A DNA stretch of 32,057 nt from Bacteroidota bacterium (GTDB lineage: Bacteria; Bacteroidota; Ignavibacteria; Kapaibacteriales; UBA2268): positions 1 through 32,057 of the forward strand of contig JBAYGQ010000001.1 in NCBI GenBank assembly GCA_041666585.1. Reading direction: 5' to 3'. The position numbers and the translations under genes are program-made. Shown here piece after piece: positions 18,309 through 26,412 of this stretch (positions are counted from its first letter, which is position 1; each line of letters starts with the position of its first letter). The notes beneath the pieces were generated by a model. It saw only the letters and a list, made by a program, of their open reading frames with translations, searched no databases and was not told the DNA's origin.

Positions 18309-19027
18309 TTATTTTTTTCAGCTATAAATATAATATCCGCACCCAACAAAGATACCCACTTTCTTCTTAAGGATGCGAATATGCCGGAACATGTTATTTC
18401 TTTAATACTTAAACCGTTACGATTAAAATATTGATATATGCTCGATACGGTAAAATAATGCAGATGGCCTCCATCCCAGCCTTTTTCATCTTCAGATGTG
18501 ACTGGAAGATTACCAAGTAAAACCGCAAGTCTTCTGGGTAGAAATCCTAGATTTGGAATCTGTACTATAACCTTTCCGCGAACCTTTAATACTCGGTATA
18601 TTTCGTCCATCACTTTTATCGGATCATAAAGATGTTCCAATACAGCCACTATAGTCACTGTATCGAAATAATTATTCGGAAACCTCAGTTTTAAATCCGC
18701 GTCACCGTATTTAAAACTAACTTTTTTTCTTATATCTTCAGGAAACTGAGAATATTTTAGTTTTATAGATCTTAATCTTGATCTTGATACATCCAAACCG
18801 TATAACTTATTAAATCTATCCGAAACCTTGAAAATTAAACTGCCGCTACCACAACCAATATCCAGAAAACGCTGACCGCTGGAAATGTATTGTATTACAG
18901 TTTCCAATCGATGAACCTCGAATTTTTTAAAAAGCAAATACAGCCACCGATAGGAGCTTCTGAGTTTAGTATACTTACCTTCGTTTTTATACGTTTCGTC
19001 GTAAAACTGCTGTTTAATATTAATCAT
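18305..19027 (-). CDS. Class I SAM-dependent methyltransferase
   Basis: 240 aa. Motif I FLDIGCGSGSL, post-I YGLDVS, VTIVAVLEHLYDP. ATGA overlaps on both sides. Confidence 0.85.
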   Translation of the reverse strand: MINIKQQFYDETYKNEGKYTKLRSSYRWLYLLFKKFEVHRLETVIQYISSGQRFLDIGCGSGSLIFKVSDRFNKLYGLDVSRSRLRSIKLKYSQFPEDIRKKVSFKYGDADLKLRFPNNYFDTVTIVAVLEHLYDPIKVMDEIYRVLKVRGKVIVQIPNLGFLPRRLAVLLGNLPVTSEDEKGWDGGHLHYFTVSSIYQYFNRNGLSIKEITCSGIFASLRRKWVSLLGADIIFIAEKNK

Positions 19028-20220
19028 AACCTGTTATGAATAGAAAAATATAACTTCTCAGTATTTTTGGTCATAAAATTCAGGCTAAATCTGTCTTTTA
19101 CCATTTTCCGTCCGTTATTACCGTAGAAATTGCGATAATCAGCGCGCGACATTATTTTTATAATTCCCGAAACGATACTTTTTGTGTTCAATTCAACTAT
19201 TATACCTGAACCAAATAACTTTACTTCAGGAATATTACAGTCTCCGGATACCAACAAAGGTACTCCGGAAAATGCCGCTTCCAAAGCAGTACACGGCAAT
19301 CCTTCTGAATAGGAAGTAAGAATAAATATATCCGAACTATCAAACGCATTGTTTTTATCTTCTTCCATGAGCGACCCCGTAAAAAATACCTTTTCTTTTA
19401 ATCCATAATCAGCAATTTCATTTACGAGACTATTGTAATAATTACTATCCTCTACGGGTCCAGAAATTACTAGAATAAGATTTTTATATCTTCCTTTTAA
19501 CATACTTAGTGATTTGATTGCTAAATGAATACCTTTTTTTCTGTGGATTCTTCCGAGAAAAAGCAATATTTTGGAGTTTGATGGCAAGTGGAATTTTTTT
19601 AGGAATTTCGATGATTTATTGCGGAATATATGTATATTTTCATTTATTCCATTTGGGATTACAGAGATCTTATCTTCCTGCAAACCTAAGTTTTTAAAGG
19701 TCGTCTTCTCTCTTAAAGTAAGAGCTATAAGGCACGATGCGGTTTTTAACATACTCATTCCTCCAAGCTCAAGAAAGATTTTTTTCCATGCTACTCTTCC
19801 TTCTTCCTTCTTCATTTCTAATGTTCCGTGAGAAGTAATCAAGTATGGTATATGCATTTTCCAAGCCCAATATCCAACCCATAAATTCATCAAGGTATAA
19901 ATTTCATGAATATGTACTATATCAAATTCTTTGATATGTCTTAAAAAATGAATAAAAAATTTCGGGGAAAAGAAAAAATGGTATTTATAAGCCAAATAAT
20001 TCGAGATGTTTGAAAAATATATAACTTTTATACCGCTAATATCAATCTCTGTATTATGAGGATATCTAACCCTCTGAGCGTTATTCAGAAGATCAGTGGA
20101 ATAGATTGTTACAGCGTGACCTTTTTTTATAAGTGCTTTGGATAGGTTATAAAGCACGTTCGCGGTTCCTCCTATCGATTCCGCCGGATAAAAATACGGC
20201 GCTATATATAAGATTTTCAT
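19024..20220 (-). CDS. GT-B fold glycosyltransferase, family 4-like
   Basis: Start set at ATG 20220..20218 (MKILYIAPYFYPAESIGG), preceded by AGGGAGAAAA (Shine-Dalgarno). The ORF-track extension to 20292 overlaps the upstream gene. C-terminal SYSEGLPCTALEAAFSGVPLLVS donor-binding motif. Confidence 0.85.
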   Translation of the reverse strand: MKILYIAPYFYPAESIGGTANVLYNLSKALIKKGHAVTIYSTDLLNNAQRVRYPHNTEIDISGIKVIYFSNISNYLAYKYHFFFSPKFFIHFLRHIKEFDIVHIHEIYTLMNLWVGYWAWKMHIPYLITSHGTLEMKKEEGRVAWKKIFLELGGMSMLKTASCLIALTLREKTTFKNLGLQEDKISVIPNGINENIHIFRNKSSKFLKKFHLPSNSKILLFLGRIHRKKGIHLAIKSLSMLKGRYKNLILVISGPVEDSNYYNSLVNEIADYGLKEKVFFTGSLMEEDKNNAFDSSDIFILTSYSEGLPCTALEAAFSGVPLLVSGDCNIPEVKLFGSGIIVELNTKSIVSGIIKIMSRADYRNFYGNNGRKMVKDRFSLNFMTKNTEKLYFSIHNRL

Positions 20221-20248
20221 TTTTCTCCCTATTTTTAGCTCACTCACA

Positions 20249-22837
20249 TTACACAGGCAGTTCCTTTTCCAAATAACATTCATCACCCTCAAATAACACT
20301 TTTATGTTAACACGCGTTTTGTAATTTAGTATATCGGGTAACTCTATATGGATGAGATTGTTTTGCCAACCGCTTCTCGTTACAATCATAGATCCGTAAT
20401 ATTCTTTTTTTATCATTCTCCACGATCTTACTTTATCCTCTAAATTCCTTTCTTCAACGAAGATATCGTTTATTTTCTTTTCTCCTTTGTCAATTCGGAT
20501 ATTAATACCGGTATATCGGTTTCTATCTAAGTCAACAATCATAAAATCGTTATCCCCTTCATAAGGATATTTTATTGATACGTCTCTAGCATTTAGACTG
20601 ATATCAGACTGACAATATCCATTATAAAGATCAAAACTATTTCCGATAATTACCGGATTAGATTTTTGAATATAAGAATTTAATGTTGATGTGTAATTTG
20701 GATAAACATTTTTTGTATCGTCCCAATTAATATATATTGGATGAAAATTATTCGGTTGATTGTAAAAAGTGAGATATAACGCATCGGGCCCATTAGTAAT
20801 GATCGATGCATCCGGATGTTTGTTAAGATAGTTTCTTAATTGATTATATATATTCTCATAAAAAACCTTGTCTATTGGAAACAATCTGATCAATTTTAAT
20901 ACTGACAAATCATTAACTGTCAAATAATTATCATTCAATCTCATGACCCCCCATTGAATACGTTTTATTATTACAGGGCTAAATACGGAAAAAAACATAG
21001 ACAGTAAAATAATTATTCTTACATATGAATCTATTATTGTATGATTATTATGGAGATTATTTTTATTATTGAAATTACACATACGCATGCTTAGTGCGTA
21101 AAAAACATATACAGTTACTCCAATCATAGGATAAGCTGCCCAATATACATGCCACTCACAAACAACAGGATAATATTGCGTCCAAGATGCTAATGAAACT
21201 AGAATTATAACCAATAACAACTCTCTTTTTGAATTAGTCTTTCTCTCTTTCAAAAAATGATATATCGTCCAAATGAAAAAAATTATACAAATAATTGGTA
21301 TAAGCACCCATAGAAAATCCATAAAAGTGGGAAAAAGATCATTCAAAATTTCAAGAGACAGATATCCTTTCCCAACTCTCTGTCCAAATTGGTAAGGTAG
21401 TATAACCGATTGTAAGAACCAGTCATTTAATGCTCGGTTTGAAATAAGCCATATAATAAATGAAAAATGTATAATGACAGTTCCAGATATAAAATACGCC
21501 AGATTCTTTAAAATACTAGAAATACTTTGAAATTTATTTTTTATCGTTTTTAGTGCGAAATATCCTAAATAGGCTAGGAATAGGAAAATACCAACCGGTT
21601 GTCTACACCAAAAGGTCAAAGCAACCGCTACGCCTGATAGAAATAAATATTTTTGTTTGCCTTGTTTTGACTCAATACTTTTTATAAATATATATAACGA
21701 TAATGTTTGGAAAAACAATGAATATACTGAAGACCAAGGAATTACAATCCAGATCAGGTAAGTTCCCAACAAAATAAGCATAAAGCAAGAAAGTGTTGCT
21801 AAATATCGAGGCATGATTCTTACCCAAATAAACCAAAGGACAACAGATGATAAAGCATAGAACAGAGCGGTGAATAGTTTGATAACAATCAGATAATTTC
21901 CGAATATTTTTAAAGCGCCAGCTTGAATATATGTTGTCAGTGCACCGTATTGTGTAAAAGTGTCTCTAAAAAGCACTTTTCCGGATACGACATCAAGAGC
22001 GGGCTTCAACATAATTCCATCATGATGAGGGTCTACGGATATAAAAGAAAACAGTCCGGAAACCAAAAAAGTAGCGATAAATATAATAAACGGAAGTAAT
22101 AGATATAAGTGTTTAATTTTACGAATAGTCTCGATATAACGATTAAGCATTAAACCGAACCGTTCAAATCTGTCCAAAATAAAAACCAATATCATCGGAA
22201 TTATAGACAGGAAAATAATGAGGATAAGTTCAGTCAAATTAATGTAGTGGGAAAATTTTAGTATCAGATAGTTGAATAATAATCCGGGATCATGAAAAAG
22301 CTCGGCTTTAGAATATTTATATTTTGTTTCGAATACGGGATTAAAGGCACTAATTGTTATAGCATTTCCGGGTTTACCGTTTAACGATTCAATTTCAAAA
22401 ATATAGGTCTTTCCGGAGGAATTAGGGATTACTGGAAAACCAAAAGTGAATAATTCGTCAGGTAAAAATTGATCTGCATGATATAGATTGTCATAATACC
22501 ACTCGTCCGTATTTTTTTCTTTTAACCGAAAATCAATCAATTCTGTATTTTTGCCTCCATAGGAGTTTCCGAAACGAAAAGCAAGTATTCCGAGGTTGTT
22601 CTCGCGGGATTCAAATTCGCCAATTATTTTTTCACCTTTTAAAATTTCGCCCTTTTTCCATTGTGCTAGATTAGTTAGAGCGTGTTTTTCTACATTTATC
22701 GTAAAATTTTTGAATCTGATATCATCTCTTGCGTTTGTGAATATTACTGAGCAGAAAATTATCAAAAATATACAAAAACAAATAGGAAAACAGAAAAATG
22801 TCTTCGATCTTAAATCTAATACTTTGTATTCTTTCAT
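20249..22837 (-). CDS. Large (862 aa) polytopic membrane protein: N-terminal anchored ectodomain, multi-helix core and C-terminal soluble domain; putative GT-C-fold glycosyltransferase
   Basis: One N-terminal helix (FFCFPICFCIFLIIFCSVIF), a roughly 170-aa beta-rich segment, at least 12 hydrophobic helices and a roughly 240-aa hydrophilic tail. The loop motif VDPHHDGIMLKPALDV loosely recalls the FDEVHFGK loop-1 motif of the PMT/GT39 family. GGGAG lies just upstream of the ATG. Confidence 0.7.
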   Translation of the reverse strand: MKEYKVLDLRSKTFFCFPICFCIFLIIFCSVIFTNARDDIRFKNFTINVEKHALTNLAQWKKGEILKGEKIIGEFESRENNLGILAFRFGNSYGGKNTELIDFRLKEKNTDEWYYDNLYHADQFLPDELFTFGFPVIPNSSGKTYIFEIESLNGKPGNAITISAFNPVFETKYKYSKAELFHDPGLLFNYLILKFSHYINLTELILIIFLSIIPMILVFILDRFERFGLMLNRYIETIRKIKHLYLLLPFIIFIATFLVSGLFSFISVDPHHDGIMLKPALDVVSGKVLFRDTFTQYGALTTYIQAGALKIFGNYLIVIKLFTALFYALSSVVLWFIWVRIMPRYLATLSCFMLILLGTYLIWIVIPWSSVYSLFFQTLSLYIFIKSIESKQGKQKYLFLSGVAVALTFWCRQPVGIFLFLAYLGYFALKTIKNKFQSISSILKNLAYFISGTVIIHFSFIIWLISNRALNDWFLQSVILPYQFGQRVGKGYLSLEILNDLFPTFMDFLWVLIPIICIIFFIWTIYHFLKERKTNSKRELLLVIILVSLASWTQYYPVVCEWHVYWAAYPMIGVTVYVFYALSMRMCNFNNKNNLHNNHTIIDSYVRIIILLSMFFSVFSPVIIKRIQWGVMRLNDNYLTVNDLSVLKLIRLFPIDKVFYENIYNQLRNYLNKHPDASIITNGPDALYLTFYNQPNNFHPIYINWDDTKNVYPNYTSTLNSYIQKSNPVIIGNSFDLYNGYCQSDISLNARDVSIKYPYEGDNDFMIVDLDRNRYTGINIRIDKGEKKINDIFVEERNLEDKVRSWRMIKKEYYGSMIVTRSGWQNNLIHIELPDILNYKTRVNIKVLFEGDECYLEKELPV

Positions 22838-22863
22838 CGCTCCCTTTCAGACAAATATCCTAA

Positions 22864-22885
22864 ATTATACTTCTTTTGTTATAAT
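22864..22885. promoter_or_regulatory. Candidate back-to-back divergent -10 boxes between the 862-aa membrane protein gene and rfbF
   Basis: TATAAT at 22880-22885 on the + strand, 8 nt before the rfbF ATG, with no SD. TATAAT on the - strand at 22869..22864, 26 nt before ATG 22837, with GGGAG in the leader. The AT-rich background makes chance matches likely. Confidence 0.3.
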
Positions 22886-22893
22886 TGCATGAA

Positions 22894-23670
22894 ATGAAAA
22901 CAATTATCCTATGCGGAGGAGCAGGAACACGGTTGAGAGAAGAAACGGAATTTAAACCTAAACCGATGGTTTTAATTGGCAATAAACCTATCATTTGGCA
23001 CATAATGAAGTATTTTTCAACTTTTGGATATAACGAGTTTATACTTGCACTCGGTTATAAAGCTGATTATGTCAAGGATTTCTTTCTAAATCAAAAAGCA
23101 TTTACCTCTGATTTTACCCTTGATACAAGTAACCATAAAACGGTCTTCTATTTAGAAAATAGGTCAAATGTAGACAACTTCAAAATTACCTTCGTTGACA
23201 CAGGACTCCATACCCTACCCGGTGAAAGAATTCTTATGTGTGAAAAATATATCCCAAAAAATGATAAATATTTTATGGTAACTTATGGAGATGGAGTAAC
23301 TGATATAAAAATTGATGATTTGATTAAATTTCATAAAAAACAGAAAACTATCGGAACAATTAGCGGAATACATCCACGATTTAAATATGGGGTTACAAAA
23401 ACTGATAATGACAATTTTGTGACGGATTTCAATGAAAAACCAGTACTTTCGGATTGGGTAAATGGAGGCTATATGATTTTTGATAAACGATTCTTCGGAT
23501 ATATCAAACCCGGAGAGACTGAACATAACGCCCTAAAAAGGTTATCAAATAAAAAACAATTATCATTATATAAGCATGAAGGATTCTGGTTTGCCGTAGA
23601 TACGAACAAAGAACTGGATGAGTTGAATCAATTGTGGAATGCGGGAAATCCGCCATGGAAAAAATGGTAA
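22894..23670 (+). CDS. rfbF: Glucose-1-phosphate cytidylyltransferase
   Basis: MKTIILCGGAGTRLREETEFKPKPMVLIGNKPIIWHIMKYFSTFGYNEFILALGYKADYVKDFF is near-canonical RfbF/DdhA. Start taken at ATG 22894. The ORF-track start at 22885 is a TTG 3 codons upstream. Confidence 0.9.
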   Translation: MKTIILCGGAGTRLREETEFKPKPMVLIGNKPIIWHIMKYFSTFGYNEFILALGYKADYVKDFFLNQKAFTSDFTLDTSNHKTVFYLENRSNVDNFKITFVDTGLHTLPGERILMCEKYIPKNDKYFMVTYGDGVTDIKIDDLIKFHKKQKTIGTISGIHPRFKYGVTKTDNDNFVTDFNEKPVLSDWVNGGYMIFDKRFFGYIKPGETEHNALKRLSNKKQLSLYKHEGFWFAVDTNKELDELNQLWNAGNPPWKKW

Positions 23671-24626
23671 CTAATTTTTACGGTATAGCTGTTTTAGTCA
23701 CTGGAGGAACCGGATTTGTCGGTTCTCATCTTGTTGAAGAATTGATTCGACTTAAGGCTCGGGTTATAACAACATCTCACTATTCTCACCCCAAATCATA
23801 CTTTTTCTCTCAGGAATTAGGTAAAAAGGCAACCGTTGTTAAAACTAACATAGGCAACATTCATAATATTTATTCCTTATTGAATCACTACAAAGTCGAG
23901 TATATTTTTCATTTAGCAGCCCAACCATTAGTAGAAGTAGGATTTCGCTACCCTAAACGCACCTTGTATACAAATGTATTAGGTACCATAAATATTTTAG
24001 AAGCCGCAAGAAAATACAATAAAATCAGAGGAATTGTGGTCGCTTCCTCTGATAAAGCATACGGACCTCTCAATAAGGCCAAATACCTGGAAACTGATTC
24101 GTTATTGGGTGAACAACCTTATGAAGTATCCAAATCATGTGCAGATCTGATTTCTCAGGCTTATGTCAAAACATATGATTTACCCATTGTTGTTACCCGT
24201 TTTGGTAATATTTATGGAGAAGGAGATTTACATTATAACCGGATTGTGCCGGGAATAATGAAAGCTATTATCTGTAATAAAGTTTTAAAAATTAGAAGCA
24301 ACGGAAAATATATTCGAGATTATTTATATGTCAAAGACGTCATCAGCGGATACATCAATTTAATAACTAATATCGATAAGACAAAAGGGGAAGCATTCAA
24401 TTTCGGATCTGTAGAGAGTTTATCTGTAATTGATCTTATCAAGTTAATTGAAAAATCGTTAGACAAAAAGATCTCATATGAAATACTTGATAGTGTAAAA
24501 AATGAAATTCCTTATCAGTCCTTGGATGATTCAAAAATAAAAAATAGATTAGGCTGGCAGCAAGAATACAATCTTGCGTCTACCTCAAAAAATATATACT
24601 CGTGGTATAAAAAAACATTAGTTTAG
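23655..24626 (+). CDS. rfbG: Extended-SDR NDP-sugar 4,6-dehydratase, probable CDP-glucose 4,6-dehydratase
   Basis: VLVTGGTGFVGSHL, SSDKAYG, PYEVSKSCADL (the SDK.Y and SK.CA.L patterns resemble RfbG/DdhB). It lies immediately downstream of rfbF and overlaps its end. The start could be ATG 23655 or 23664. Confidence 0.75.
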   Translation: MEKMVTNFYGIAVLVTGGTGFVGSHLVEELIRLKARVITTSHYSHPKSYFFSQELGKKATVVKTNIGNIHNIYSLLNHYKVEYIFHLAAQPLVEVGFRYPKRTLYTNVLGTINILEAARKYNKIRGIVVASSDKAYGPLNKAKYLETDSLLGEQPYEVSKSCADLISQAYVKTYDLPIVVTRFGNIYGEGDLHYNRIVPGIMKAIICNKVLKIRSNGKYIRDYLYVKDVISGYINLITNIDKTKGEAFNFGSVESLSVIDLIKLIEKSLDKKISYEILDSVKNEIPYQSLDDSKIKNRLGWQQEYNLASTSKNIYSWYKKTLV

Positions 24627-25579
24627 ACCTGTATGTTTAATCTCTTCTTGTGATCGTTTAGGATCTCGTCTATTACGTAAGTAGGACGATCTTTCACTTC
24701 TTCGAAAATTATTTGGATGTATTTCCCTAGGATACTTATTCCGAGCATTTGGATACCGCCGAAGAATATTATCGCTGTAAGTAATGGGATAGAAGCGTTA
24801 ACTGGATTTCCAATTAAAAATACGGTAATAAGATAAAATAATAAAAAAATAAAGGAGACAATTACTAACATGAAACCAAGGGTCGTCATTACGTCTAAAG
24901 GTACGAAAGAAAAACCCAAAATTCCTCTTTGTGAATCTTTTATGTAATCCAGTAAATTATTTTTACTATTACCGTATCGTCTGGCTTTACGTTCATAAAT
25001 CACCTCTTTTACCGAAAATCCTGCCCATGCTCTGAGTCCTCTGAAGAACCGGTTTCTTTCAGGTAAATCGTTGATAACATTTAGTACTTTTCTATCTAAT
25101 AAACAAAAACTACCTGCGTTAAGAGGCATATTAATATTGGCGAGTTTATTAAATATCTTATAAAAACTTTTTCTTACAATTCGCATCAGTAAAGTATCTT
25201 GAATTTTATTACGTACTCCTATTACTACTTGAGATCCTTTTTCCCACTCTCTAATAAATATCGGAATAACTTCAGGCGGATCCTGGAGATCACAATCTAC
25301 GATTGTCACAGCATCTCCTTGTGCTTGCATCATTGCTGCTTGTGATGAATACTCAGAGGTAAAATTCCTAGACATCAATAGCACCGTAACTTTTTTATCC
25401 TTTTTTGCGATTTTTTTCAGGATGCTTCGTGAATTATCCTGACTACAATTATCCGTAAATATTATTTCGTAATCGTAATTTCGAAGAGTATTAAATAGTT
25501 TGACAATTTCTGTATAAGCGTTTTCAATATTTAGCTCTTCATTATATACGGGAATAATTACGGTTATTAATTTCTTCAT
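24623..25579 (-). CDS. GT2 polyprenol-phosphate glycosyltransferase (GtrB/ArnC/DPM1-like) with two C-terminal TM helices
   Basis: 318 aa. VIIPVYNEELNIE, FTDNCSQDNS, TIVDCDLQDPPE. C-terminal helices LGFMLVIVSFIFLLFYLITVFLI and LLTAIIFFGGIQMLGISILGKYI. Confidence 0.88.
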   Translation of the reverse strand: MKKLITVIIPVYNEELNIENAYTEIVKLFNTLRNYDYEIIFTDNCSQDNSRSILKKIAKKDKKVTVLLMSRNFTSEYSSQAAMMQAQGDAVTIVDCDLQDPPEVIPIFIREWEKGSQVVIGVRNKIQDTLLMRIVRKSFYKIFNKLANINMPLNAGSFCLLDRKVLNVINDLPERNRFFRGLRAWAGFSVKEVIYERKARRYGNSKNNLLDYIKDSQRGILGFSFVPLDVMTTLGFMLVIVSFIFLLFYLITVFLIGNPVNASIPLLTAIIFFGGIQMLGISILGKYIQIIFEEVKDRPTYVIDEILNDHKKRLNIQV

Positions 25580-26370
25580 ACGTTTGAATTTTTCACTCTT
25601 TTTTTCAGCATTTGTATCCTCTTATCATCTTCTAGGAATATTCGCGAATAATAATTTTTTTTATTCTCTAACCACAAAAGTTCAAAAGTGTTAGCTTTGA
25701 TAATACCATCTCCTAACTTTTGGAAACTTTTTGGCACTTTAAAAACTACTTTTCTTGTTTCGAAATAGTCTAATAAGTTTTTTGACGATAATTTCTTTAT
25801 GAAAGGAACTGCCTCTAAAGCGATCCCCCCACCCATAGCCGTTTTTAAACCCTTCTTCTTAGCCTTAATAAATATATCTTCCGCAATTTTGTAAATCTGA
25901 TCACAGTTTATTTGGTCTCGAGACAAACCTAAAGAACCCGACAAATCAACTCTACCCAGAGTGATTTTTCCTAAAATCTTCATAAGTTTTACGTTCAAGA
26001 TATCGTGAATATTATGATACGCCTGAATTGTTTCAATGTTAACTCCAAAAAGAATAGTTTTTCTGAGATCCTCCGGATAATGAGTTATCACTGCTTGAAG
26101 GAATTTTTCCAAGGCATAGGCACTTTCTACCATAGGTGCAACAAGCCCAGAGACTCCGATATGCTGGGATTCGAACATATCTGTAATAGCTTCAGGTCCC
26201 CCAATTTTTAGCACTAAACCTAACCCAACTCTTTCTACGATTTCCTTCAATCTCATAATTTCGCACAATCTCGACGCCTCGGCTTCAAATTCTGCTTTTA
26301 CTTCCACCACACCATAATGCTTCTTTAATTCAGTTAACACGTTAACCATCTTTATTTCCAAAGTGTTCAT
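25576..26370 (-). CDS. HpcH/HpaI aldolase / citrate-lyase-beta-like TIM-barrel protein
   Basis: 264 aa. APMVESAYALEKF (metal-binding Glu strand), FGVNIETIQAYHNIHDIL and LGRVDLSGSLGL (G..DLS.SLG) follow the order and spacing of family motifs. This is a by-eye assignment. Confidence 0.7.
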   Translation of the reverse strand: MNTLEIKMVNVLTELKKHYGVVEVKAEFEAEASRLCEIMRLKEIVERVGLGLVLKIGGPEAITDMFESQHIGVSGLVAPMVESAYALEKFLQAVITHYPEDLRKTILFGVNIETIQAYHNIHDILNVKLMKILGKITLGRVDLSGSLGLSRDQINCDQIYKIAEDIFIKAKKKGLKTAMGGGIALEAVPFIKKLSSKNLLDYFETRKVVFKVPKSFQKLGDGIIKANTFELLWLENKKNYYSRIFLEDDKRIQMLKKRVKNSNV

Positions 26371-26412
26371 ATTACTTTAAAATAGTTAATTTTAATAATA
26401 ATTTAACAATAT

